DNA of 64,000 nucleotides from the human T2T-CHM13v2.0 reference genome, Homo sapiens (GCF_009914755.1 NC_060937.1); one strand, 5' to 3'. Counted from the first letter of the stretch, positions 1-10,922 are shown. The notes: generated from the letters alone by a model not told the origin. Program-made: numbers and translations.

Positions 1-235
1 AGTCATAACAGAGAATCAGAGATTAAGGGAGCAAAAGATAACATTTGGAAAACAGTCAGATGACACCGTGGATCCTATGGCCATGATTTCATTCAAAGAA
101 ATGTGAGGCTAGAGGTCCAAGACTCTGTCAAGCATGTAATTCTTGGATATAGAAATCTTGGAGTATGAATCCTTGAATCAGTATTATCTTTAGCCGTGTC
201 ATTTTAGAAGCAAATTGTCCTCTGACAGTGATGTT

Positions 236-565
236 TTAGCAGGAAGAATAGCATCTTCTAAAGCAAAATGGCCGGTAGCCACAGTAGCCAGAGCCAGAGC
301 CACATCCACAGCCATAGCCAGTTCCATAACCACAGCCATACCCACAGCCGTAGCCAGTTCCATAGCCACAGCCAGAGCCAGAGCCATAGCCACAGCTGTA
401 GCCAGAGCCATAGCCACAGCCATAGCTGGAGCCATAGCCACAGCCATAACCAGAGCCATAGCCACAGCCATAGCTGGAGCCATAGCCACAGCCATAACCA
501 GAGCCATAGCCACAGCCATAGCTGGAGCCATAGCCACAGGAGTTGCCGTAGTAGTTGCAACACAT
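236..565 (-). CDS. KRTAP21-1-like: High glycine-tyrosine keratin-associated protein, KRTAP21-1-like (109 aa, single exon)
   Basis: [18 protein letters not shown]...(YGCGYGSG/S)n...[16 protein letters not shown]. The N- and C-termini match KRTAP21-1 as I recall it. Start context is acaacATG and a TATA box lies upstream. Confidence 0.88.
   Translation of the reverse strand: MCCNYYGNSCGYGSSYGCGYGSGYGCGYGSSYGCGYGSGYGCGYGSSYGCGYGSGYSCGYGSGSGCGYGTGYGCGYGCGYGTGYGCGCGSGSGYCGYRPFCFRRCYSSC
402..539. repeat. Coding tandem repeat, 48-bp unit x ~2.9 (built of 24-bp subunits)
   Basis: ccagagccatagccacagccatagctggagccatagccacagccataa repeats exactly at 402 and 450, and partially at 498. Confidence 0.9.
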
Positions 566-643
566 GTTGTCAAGAGGAGAGAATTGAGATGGGTTTCAAG
601 AAGATGCTTCTGAGGTGTGGACGTCTTCTACTTCCCTGAGACC

Positions 644-651
644 TTTATATA
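644..651 (-). promoter_or_regulatory. TATA box of the KRTAP gene
   Basis: tttatata on + reads TATATAAA on -, ~80 bp upstream of the ATG at 565, which fits the short 5'UTRs of KRTAP genes. Confidence 0.7.
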
Positions 652-1297
652 ATTGCCAAAGCATATCATTCATTCCCTGACTTAGCCAACAAATATTTAA
701 ACAATCATTATGTGCCAGTCACTGTTGATCATCAATAATATTTTGCTTAAAATGAGCCAATTATTTTGGAGACTCGAGTTTCATTTCAGGAACATCATTT
801 TAATCTGCTCTGCCAAAGAACCATCTCAGTGAAATCATGTGCCCAAATATAAAGCTGATACTAATTTTCAAAATGTCCTATCAGTAGATATATATCTTAC
901 ATAACAAGTTTTGGGGGGATCATAACAAAGTTTTATCCTTTTTCTCTCTCTCTCTTTTTTTCCTAAAACATCTACCTCTACCCATAGTGAAAGAGACAAC
1001 CCTATTCCCTTTCCTGAGTCATTACAACTTCTTTGCCAGACTTCTTTCTCCAACTCACTCTGCACTTCCACACCTACCCCTTGTCCAACCTCCCTCAAAT
1101 CCCAAGAAACATATTCACATCTGATCATTCAAAGCCAGACTGTATGCTATCTGCAAGTGTTTCTTATATTTTCCTTCCATCCTCCAGGCAAACCAAGACC
1201 CTGGGGAGGCAGAGAAGCCCTCCTTTTGTCTCCCATTTCTTCAGCTATATAAGTAATTGTCATTGAGGAGCCTTTTAAAACCTAACCAGCTTCATTT

Positions 1298-1299
<2 letters not shown>

Positions 1300-1358
<59 letters not shown>
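1300..1358. repeat. (TA)n microsatellite in the tail position of the adjacent L1
   Basis: Pure AT dinucleotide run of ~58 bp. Confidence 0.95.
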
Positions 1359-1362
<4 letters not shown>

Positions 1363-1802
1363 TTATACTTTAAGTTCTAGGGTACATGAGCACAACGTGC
1401 AAGTTTGTTGCATATGTATACATGTCCCATGTTATACCAACACCGCTGTACCCATTAACTCGTCATTTACATTAGGTATATATCCTAATCCTATCCCTCT
1501 CCCCTCTCCCCACCCCATGACAGGCCCCAGTATGTGATGTTCCCCTTCCTGTGTCCAAGTGTTCTCATTGTTCAATTCTCACCTATGAGGGAGAACATGA
1601 GGCGTTTGCTTTTTTTGTCCCTGTGATAGCTTGCTGAGAATGACGGTTTCCAGCTTCATCCATGTCCTTACAAAGGACATGAACTCATCCTTTTTATGGC
1701 TGCATAGTATTCCACAGTGTATATGTGCCACATTTTCTTAATCCAGTCTATCATTGAAGGACATTTGGGTTGGTTCCAAGTCTTTGCTATTGTGAATAGT
1801 GC
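1359..1802 (-). mobile_element. L1PA 3' end (about L1PA4-6), cut off by satellite
   Basis: ttatactttaagttctagggtacatg...gctattgtgaatagtgc is the reverse complement of the L1 3'UTR and ORF2 end. Confidence 0.9.
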
Positions 1803-1905
1803 AGGGGGGTGAGGCACCACCCGCAATGTAGGGAGTAAGAGCCAGCCCCTCTCCCCCCCCCGGCTCTTAGGACCCCCATCGCAGGGGGGCGGGTGCCCCC
1901 CGCGA
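1801..1905 (+). repeat. GC-rich SATR-related satellite, ~1.3 monomers (left terminus of the composite)
   Basis: gggagtaagagccagcccctctccccccccggctcttaggacccccatcgcagggggg, same family as 5062-12215. Confidence 0.85.
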
Positions 1906-1909
1906 TGTG

Positions 1910-4502
1910 GATGGTCATATCCAGGGGGCGATAGTGGGGTGATATTACTCCCGGATTTTTCCTAGGATCCTTTCTATACTGCCACCCTCGGTTCACACCC
2001 TGGGACACTATCTTCCATATTCTAGCAAGATGCAGCTTCTAAAGTCGCAGGGGGTATACACCCTTCAGTATTATTCGTAATTTTGCAGGGGAATGTTAAA
2101 CCTGATGTCACAGGACTCTGTACACTGTGATGTTATTCCCAATATCCTAGCTTTACCTTAATAATAATGTCACATTGTGTGTACACCTTGTGGTGTTATT
2201 CTTATTCTCCTAATGGGAGGTTGCATTTATTGTCACACGGGGTATGTTCCTTTTGATATTATCCATAATGTCCTAGAGGGATGTCACCCCTTATGTCACA
2301 GAGTTTGTACACCTTGTGAAATTACTCGTATTATCCTCATAAGATGTCACTCCTCATATCACAGAGGGTGTACACTCCGTGATATTGTCGTCATATTCTA
2401 GGGAAATGTTACTTTTAATGTCACAGAGAGTGCACAGCTTGTGAAATTATTCGTTATAATTTTGTGGGATGTTACCCCTAATGTCACATGGCGTGTACAC
2501 ACAGTGATGTTACGTGCAATATGCTATGGAAATGTTACTCGTAATTCACAGGTCCTGTACACCCTTTAATATTCTTCGTAATCTTCTAGGAAAACGTTAC
2601 TGCTAATGTCACAGGGCCTGTAGACCCTGTCATAAAATTCCTAATATCCTAGCGGGAGTTCACTACTAATTTCACAATGTGTGTACACCCTTTGATATTA
2701 TTAGTATTGTCTTGAAGAGATGTTACTACTGATGTCCCAATGCAGGTACATTCTCTGATCTTATTGGTTATATCCTCGGGGGATGTTACTTCTAATGTCA
2801 CACGGGGTGTCCTCCCTGTGTTCTATTTCGTAATATCCCACGGCAATTTCACTTTTAATGACACAGGGGGTGTACATATTTTGCTATTATTCGTGATATT
2901 CTAGAAAGATGTTACTCCTAATGTCACAGGGCTGTACACCCTGTGATAGTATTCATAATTTCCCAGGGGTCTATACTCCTATTGGAACAGACGATAACAC
3001 CCTGTGACATTGTTCATAATATTCTAGGGAGATGATACTCCTCATGTCACAGGGGGTGTACACCCCGTGTTATTATTCTTACTATTCTAGGGGGATGTTA
3101 CTCCTAATGTCACAGGGATGTACACCCTGTGATATTATTCATAGTGTGCCAGAGGGATATTAGCACTAATGTCACGATGCGTGTACACCTTGTGATATTA
3201 TTTGTCATATCCTAATGTCACAGGGGGTGTGTTCCGTGTGATAGTCTTCCTAACATCCTAGACGGATATTGCTCCTAACGTCACAGGGTGTGTACACTTT
3301 GTCACATCATTCATAATATCCTAAAACTACGTTATTCCTCAGGTCACAGGGGGTGTTCACCCTGTGATATTTTTCATCATAGTTTTGTGGGATGTTACTC
3401 CTAAAGTCACACGGGGTGTACACAGAGTCACACAGTGATATGAGTTGTAATATTCTATAGACATGTTACTTGTAAATCACAGGGGCTGTACCTCCTGTGA
3501 TATTATTCGTAATATTCTAGGGGAATGTTGTTTTTATTGTCACCGGGGTGTACACCCTGTGATATGACTCGTCATATCCCAGTGGGATGTTACTACTAAT
3601 GTCACAATGCCTGTACACCCTGTGATACTATTTGTAATATCCTAAAGAGATGTTACTACTAAGGTCACAATGCATGGACACCCTCTGATATTATTCGTTA
3701 TATCCTCGGGAGGTGTTATTCCTAATGTCACACGGGGTGTACTCCCGGTCCTATTATTGATAATATCCAAGGGGGATGTTATTTTTAATGTCACCGGGGG
3801 TGACATTATGCATTAAAAATGCGTATTCAACGCCTGTGATACTATTCCTAATATCCTAGGGGCATGCTCTTCCGAATGTCACATGGGGCGTACACCATGT
3901 GTGTACACCTGCTGTGATATTATTCATAATATCCTAGGGGAATGTTACTCCTGATGACACAGGCGGTGTACACCATGTGTGTACCCCTCCTGTGTTATTA
4001 TTCACAATATCCTAGGGGGATGTTTCTTTTAATGTCACAAAGTGTGTACAAAACGTCACAGAGGTGTACACGCTGTGACATTATCTGTAATACCCTAGAA
4101 GGGTGTTACTCCTAATGTGTCACAGGGGTGTACACGCTTTGATGTTATTTGCAATCTCATAGAGAGATATTACTTCAAATATCACAGTGGATGTACACAC
4201 ATAGTGTATACCCTGTGATAGTATTCGTAATATCCTAGGGAGATACAAATCCTGATATCACAGTGCGTGTACCCCGTGTGTGTACACCCTTGATATTAGT
4301 CGTAATATCCAGGGTAAATATTACTCCTCATATCACACAGTGTGCACACCCTGTGATATTTTTCCTCATACGTTAGGGAGATATTGCTTCTAATATGACA
4401 GTGGGTGTACCCCATCTGTGTGTACTCTGTGACAGTATATTCTATATCCTAGGGAGTATTACTCCTAATATCACTTTGGGTGTTCGCCCTGTGATATCAT
4501 TC
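1910..4502 (-). repeat. AT-rich ~63-bp palindromic satellite array (SATR1/SATR2-type, OR7E-duplicon associated)
   Basis: Recurring unit tgtacaccctgtgatattattcgtaatatcctagggggatgttactcctaatgtcacagggg in roughly 40 diverged copies. Family name from memory. Confidence 0.85.
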
Positions 4503-5062
4503 TTATTTGACCTTGCTGCCTTTGTTAACCCACACTACAAAAGGAATGGAACAGATAAGAAGATACGGAGATTGGACGGTGCTGCTGTGCGGCCGCCGCA
4601 GGACACTTTTAATATGCCTGTTTCTCAGGCTGTAGATGAAGGGGTTCAGCATGGGGTGATCACCGTGTACATCACTGAGGCCACTGCAGCCTTTCTCGGG
4701 GAAGATGACACATCTGAACTGAAGTATCCTCCAATGCCCGTTCCGTAAAATCAGCAAACAACTGACAGGTGAGACCCACAGGTGGAGAAGGCCTTATACT
4801 GCCCACGTGATGATGAAACACTCAGAATGGAGGAAACAATTTTATAGTAAGAGAAAAGGGTCCCAGAGATGGGAAGAAAACCAAATATGACAGCAGGGAA
4901 ATACATGATTATGTTATTGGTGAAGGTGTCACAACATGCAAGATGGGGGAGTTGAGAAGGGTCACAGAAGAAATTAGGAATTTCCGCATCCTGGAAGCAG
5001 GTCATTTGTAAGGCAATCAAGTTGTGCAGCTGGGCGTCTAAAACACTGAGAAAAAAAAAAAA
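4503..5062 (-). pseudogene. OR7E: Olfactory receptor family 7 subfamily E pseudogene, 3' half (end of TM4 to C-terminus)
   Basis: Translates FFLSVLDAQLHNL...IPNFFCDPSQL...FSYYKIVSSIL...YKAFSTCGSHLSVVC* (in-frame TGA at 4751-4753), then ...PMLNPFIYSLRN...VWVNKGSKVK*. These are hallmark OR motifs with the 7E-type extended tail. The 5' half is missing, cut at a poly-T run. Confidence 0.92.
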
Positions 5063-5691
5063 GGCGGGAACTGAGAGCCAGCCCCTCTTCCTCCGCTGGC
5101 TCTTAGGACCCCCATCGCAGAGGGGGAGGCACCCCCACTGAGGCAGGGACTGAGAACCAGCCCCTCTTCCCCCCTGGCTCTTAGAACCCCCATCGCAGTG
5201 GTGGGAGACAGCCTCCACGAGCCGAGGAGTGACAGCCACCCCCTCTTCCCCCCCTGACACTTGGGACCGCCATCGCAGGGTGGGGAGGCACCCGCCGAGA
5301 GGAAGGGACTCAGAGCTAGGCCCTCTTACCCCCTGGCTCTTAGGACCCCAATCGCAGGCGGGGAGGCACCCATCGAGAGGCGAGTACAGAGAGCCAGCCC
5401 CTCTTCCCCCCCGGCTCTTGGGACCCCCATCGCAGGGCGGGAGGCACCCCCCGCGAGGCGGCGACTGAGAGCGAGCCCGTCTTCCCCCCCTGGCTCTTAG
5501 GAGCCCCATCGCAGAGGCGGGAGGCACCCCCCGCGAGGAGGGGACTGAGAGCCAGCTCCTCATCCCCCCTGGCTCTTAGGACCCCCATCGCAGTGGGGGG
5601 AGGCACCTCCCGTGAGGAAGGGACTGAGAGCCAGCCCCTCGTCCCACCCTGGCTTAGGACCCCCATCGCGGATCCTAAGAACCTTAGGACC

Positions 5692-6280
5692 CACTTGGAG
5701 GACTGTGGGTATTAGGTGTCCAAGAAGAAAGCTCAAATCTGCTGACGGCAGGTACCTTACTTGGGATTTACCCTCCGACAGGGGTCCGAACTCAGCTCGG
5801 GAACAGAAAGAAAGCAGGTTATTTGCAATCTACCGGAGCCTAAGGGCAGAAGGCAGGTGAGGGAATTCTTGGGAGCTGTGGGGTTTTGTAGACTGTGGAT
5901 CCCAAACTTTGCAGTATTAGCCAAGCCCTTTTATGAGGTCACAAAGGGGGCGGGGACCGGGAACCTTTGGAAGGGGGATCCCAACAACAGCAAGTCTTTC
6001 ATGAGTTAAAGGAGAAACTTCCGGCAGCCGCAGCCCTGGGATAACCGATCTGACAAAGCCTTTTCCATTGAATGCATCAGAGAGAAAATAGATGGCAGCT
6101 GGACATTTAACCCAAAGTGTGGAGCCCTGGCTGAGGCCGGTGGCCTACGTCTCTAAACAACTAGACAGGGTTTCTAAAGGATGGCCCCCCTGTTTGAGGG
6201 CAGTGGCAGCAACTACCCTGCTAGTAGAAGACGCAAATAAGCTGACTCTTGGGCAAAACCTGAACATAAAGGCCCCCCAT
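5692..6280 (+). mobile_element. Class I ERV (HERV-E-like) pol fragment, copy 1 (RT thumb/connection)
   Basis: [41 protein letters not shown] and [25 protein letters not shown] are gammaretroviral pol motifs; frameshifted. Confidence 0.85.
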
Positions 6281-6756
6281 TTTGGGGTGGGTGAGAGCCA
6301 GCCCTTCTTACCCCCTTGCCTCTCAGGACCCCCATCGCAGGGCGGGGAGGCACCTCCCATGAGGCGGGGACTGAGAGGCAGCCCCTCTTCCCCCCTGGCT
6401 CTTGGGACCCCAATCTCGGGGGGGGAGGCACCCCCGTGAGGCGGAGACTGAGAGCCAGTCCCTCTTCCCCCCTTGGCTCTTGGGAACCCCATCGCAGGGT
6501 GGGGAGGCAACCCCCGTGATGAAGGGAAAAAAAGAGCCAGCCCCTCTTCCCCCCCTGGCTCTTAGGACCACCATCGCAGGAGGGGGAGGCACCCCCCACG
6601 GGGGAGGGACTGACAGCCATCCCCTCTTCCCCCCTGGCTCTTAGGACCCCCATTGCAGGGGGGGGAGGCACCCTCCGAGAGGCGGGGACTGAGAGCCAGC
6701 CCCTCTTCCAGCTCTGGCTTAGGACCCCCATCGCGGATCCTATGTACCTTAGGACC

Positions 6757-7345
6757 CTCCTGGAGGACTGTGGGTATAGGTGTCCAAGAAGAAAGCTCAA
6801 ATCTGCCGAAGGCAGGTACCTTACTTGGGATTTACTCTCCGACAGGTGTCAGAACGCAGCCCGGGAACAGAAAGTAAGCAGGTCATTTGCAATCTACCAG
6901 AGCCTAGGGGCGGAAGGAAGGTGAGGAAATTCTTAGGGGCTGTGGGGTTTTGTAGACTGTGCATCCCAAACTTTGCAGTATTAGCCAAGCCTTTGTATGA
7001 GGTCACAAAAGGGGCGAGGACCGGGAACCTATGGAATCGGGATCCCAACAACAGCAAGTCTTTCATGAGTTAAAGGAAAAACTTCTGGCAGCCCCAGCCC
7101 TGGGTCTACCCGATCTGACAATGTCTTTTCCATTGAATGCGTCAGATAGAGAAAAGATGGCAGCTGGACTTTTAATCCAAACTCTGGGGCCCTGGCTGAG
7201 GCCGGTGGCCTACGTCTCTAAACAACTAAAAAGGGTTTCTAAAGGATGGCCCCCCTGTTTGAGGGCAGTGGCAGCAACTGCCCTGATAGTAGAAGAAGCA
7301 AATAAGCTGACTCTTGGGCAAAACCTGAACATAAAGGCTGCCCAT
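6757..7345 (+). mobile_element. HERV-E-like pol fragment, copy 2
   Basis: [17 protein letters not shown]...LKEKLLAAPALGLPDL...[12 protein letters not shown]. Confidence 0.85.
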
Positions 7346-7423
7346 TTTGGGGTGGGTGAGAGCCAGCCCCTCTTCCCTCCCTGCCTTAGGACCCCCATCG
7401 CGGATCCTAAGATCCTTAGGACC

Positions 7424-8011
7424 CACCTGGAGGACAGTGGGTATTAGGTGTCCAAGAAGAAAGCTCAAATCTGCCGACGGCGGGTACCTTACTTGGGATT
7501 GACTATCCGACAGGGGTCCCACGCCGCCCGGGAACAGAAAGAAAGCAGGTTATTTGCAATCTACCAGAGCCTAAGGGTCGAAAGCAGGCGAGAGAATTCT
7601 CAGGAGCTGTGGGGTTTTGTAGACTGTGGATCCCAAACTTTGCAGTATAAGCCAAGCCTTTGTATGAGGTCACAAAGGGGGCGGGGACCGGGAACCTTTG
7701 GAATGGGGATCCCAACAACAGCAAGTCTTTCATGAGTTAAAGGAAAAACTTCTGGCAGCTTCAGCCCTGGGGCTACCCAATCTGACAAAGCCTTTTAGAT
7801 TGTACACGTCAGAGAGAGACAAGATGGCGGGTGGACTTTTAACCCAAACTGTGGGGCCCTGGAAGAGGCCGGTGGCCTACATCTCTAAACAACTAGACAG
7901 GGTTTCTAAAGGATGGCACCCTGTTTGGGGGCCTTGGCAGCAACTGCCCTGCTAGTACAAGAAGAAAATAAGCTGACTCTTGGGCAAAACCTGAACATAA
8001 AGGCCCCCCGT
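7424..8011 (+). mobile_element. HERV-E-like pol fragment, copy 3
   Basis: Same ~590-bp segment with the same endpoints. Confidence 0.85.
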
Positions 8012-9197
8012 TTTGTGGTGGCTGAGAGCCAGCCCCTCTTCCCCCACTGGCTCTTGGGACCCCCATCGCGTTGGGGGGGAGGCACCCTCCGCGAGGCGGG
8101 GACTGAGAGCCAGCCCCTCTTCCCCCCCTGGCTCTTGGGACCCCCATCCCAGGGGGGGAGGCACCCCCACGAGGCGGGGACTGAGAGCCAGCCCCTCATC
8201 CCCCCTTGGTTCTTGGGAACCCCATCGCAGGGGGGGATGCAACCCCCGCGACGAGAGGACAGAGAGCCAGCCCCTCTTCACCCCTGGCTCTTAGGACCCA
8301 CATCGCACCTGAGGGAGGCACCCCCGCGAGGCGGGGACTGACAGCCCCCTCTTCCCCCCCAGACTCTTGGGATCACCATCGCAGGGGCGGGAGGCACACC
8401 CCGCGAGGCGGGGACTGACAGCCAGCCCCTCTTCCCCCCCTGGCTCTTAGGACACCCACCGCAGAGGGGGGGAGGCACCCCCCGCCAGGCAGGAACTGAG
8501 AGCCAGCACCTCTTCCCCCGCTGGCTCTTAGGACCCCCATCGCAGAGCGGGAGGCACCGCCCATGAGGCAGGGACTGAGAACCAGCCCCTCTTCCCCCCT
8601 GGCTCTTAGGACCCCCATCGCAGTAGGGGGAGGCAGCCCCCGCGAGCCGAGGATTGAGAGCCAGCCCGTATTCCCCCCCTGACACTTGGGACCCCCATCG
8701 CAGGGTGGGAAGGCACCCCCCGCGAGGCGGGTACTGACAGCCAGGCCCTCTTCCCCCCCGAATCTTGGGACCCCCATCGCAGTGGGGGAGGCACCCCCGC
8801 GAAGCGGGGACTGAGAGCCAGCCCCTTTCCCCCCTTGGCTCTTGGGACGGCCATCTCAAGAGGGGGGATGCAAACCCTGCAACGAGGGGACAGAGAGACA
8901 GCCCTTCTTCACCCCCTGGCTCTTAGGACCCCCATCGCACCTGGGGAGGGCACCCCCGCGAGGCGGGGACTGAGAGCCAGCCCGTCTTCCACCCCTGGCT
9001 CTTCGGAAACCCATGGCAGCGGGGCGAGGCAGCCCCCACGAGGCGGGGACTGAGTTCCAGCCCCTCTTCACCACCTGGCTCTTAGGACCACCATCTCAGA
9101 GGCGGGAGGCACCACCCGCGAGGTGGGGACTGAGAGCCAGCCACTCTTCCCCCGCTGGCTTAGGACACCCATCGTGGATCCTAAGAACCTTAGGACC

Positions 9198-9782
9198 CAC
9201 CTGGAGGACTGTGGGTATTAGGTGTCCAGGCAGAAAGCTCAAATCTGCCGACGGCAGGTACCTTACTTGGGATTTACTATCGGACGGGGTCCGACGCCTC
9301 CCTGGAACAGAAAGAAAGCAGGTTATTTGCAATCTACCAGAGCCTAAGGGCCGAAGGCAGGCGAGAGAATTCTCAGGAGCTGTGGGGTTTTGTAGACTGT
9401 GGATCCCAAACTTTGCAGTATAAGCCAAGAGTTTGTATGATGTCACAAAGGGGGCGAGGACTGAGAACCTTTGGAAGGGGGATCCCAACAACAGCAAGTC
9501 TTTCATGAGTTAAAGGAAAAACTTCTGGCAGCTTCAGCCCTGGGGCTACCCGATCTGACAAAACCTTTTCCATTGTATGCGTCAGAGAGACAAGATGGCA
9601 GGTGGACTTTTAACCCAAACTATTGGGCCCTGGATGAGGCCGGTGGCCTACTTCTCTAAACAACTAGACAGGGTTTCTAAAGGATGGCCCCCTGATTGAG
9701 GGCCTTGGCAGCAACTGCCCTGCTAGTACAAGAAGCAAATAAGCTGACTCTTGGGCAAAACCTGAACATAAAGTCCCCCCAT
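9198..9782 (+). mobile_element. HERV-E-like pol fragment, copy 4
   Basis: Same segment, 3506 bp downstream of copy 1. Confidence 0.85.
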
Positions 9783-10256
9783 TTTGTAGTGGCTGAGAGC
9801 CAGCCCCTCTTCCCCCCCTGGCTCTTGGGACCCCATCACGTGGGGGGGGAGGCACCCTCCGCGAGGCGGGGACTGAGAGCCAGCCCCTCTTCCCCCCTGG
9901 CTCTTAGGACTCCCATCACAGTGGGGGGAGGCAGCCCCCGCGAGCCGAGGACTGAGAGCCAGCACCTATACCCCCCTGACACTTGGGACCCCCATCGCAG
10001 GGTGAGGAGGCACCCCCCGCGAGGCGGGGACTGAGAGCTAGCCCCTCTTCACCCCTGGCTCTTAGGACCCACATCGCACCTGTGGGAGGCACCCCCACGA
10101 GGCGGGGACTGAGAGACAGCCCCTCTTCCCCCCCAGACTCTTAGGATCCCCATCCCGGGGAGGGAGGCACACCCCGCGAGGCAGGGACTGAGAGCCAGCA
10201 CCTGGTCCCCCCCCTGGCTTAGGACCCCCATCGTGGATCCTATGAACTTTAGGACA

Positions 10257-10844
10257 CACCTGGAGGACTGTGGGTATAGGTGTCCAAGAAGAAAGCTCAA
10301 ATCTGCCGATGGCAGGTACCTTACTTGGGATTTACTATCCGACAGGGGTCCGAACGCACCCGGGAACAGAAAGAAAGCAGGACATTTGCAATCTACCGCA
10401 GCCTAAGGGCAGAAAGCATGTGAGGGAATTCTTAGGGGCTGTGGGATTTTGTAGACTGTGCATCCCAAACTTTGCAGTATTAGCCAAGACTTTGTATGAG
10501 ATCGCAAAGTGGGCGGGGACCGGGAACCTATGGAATCGGGATCCCAACAACAGCAAGTCTTTCTTGAGTTAAAGGAAAAACTTCTGGCAGCCCCAGCCCT
10601 GGGGCTACCTGATCTGACAAAGCCTTTTCCATTGAATGCATCAGATAGAGAAAACATGGCAGCCGGACTTTTAACTCAAACTGTGGGGCCCTGGATGAGG
10701 CCAGTGGCCTACGTCTCTAAACACCTAGACAGGGTATCTAAAGGATGGCCCCCCTGTTTGAGGGCCATGGCAGCAACTGCCCTGATAGTAGAAGAAGCAA
10801 ATAAGCTGACTCTTGGGCAAAACCTGAACATAAAGGCCACCCAT
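10257..10844 (+). mobile_element. HERV-E-like pol fragment, copy 5
   Basis: Same segment, 3500 bp downstream of copy 2 and sharing its diagnostic bases. Confidence 0.85.
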
Positions 10845-10922
10845 TTTGGGGTGGGTGAGAGCCAGCCCCTCTTCCCCCCCTGCCTTAGGACCCCCATTGC
10901 AGATACTAAGATCTTTAGGACA

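Noticed and set aside
199-639. Four alternative-frame ORFs overlapping the KRTAP gene (poly-LW, SHSH, AVAMA, ATAIA)
   Set aside because: They are shadows of the stop-free 6/12/24-bp coding repeat; only the Gly/Tyr/Cys frame matches a known family and fits the promoter.
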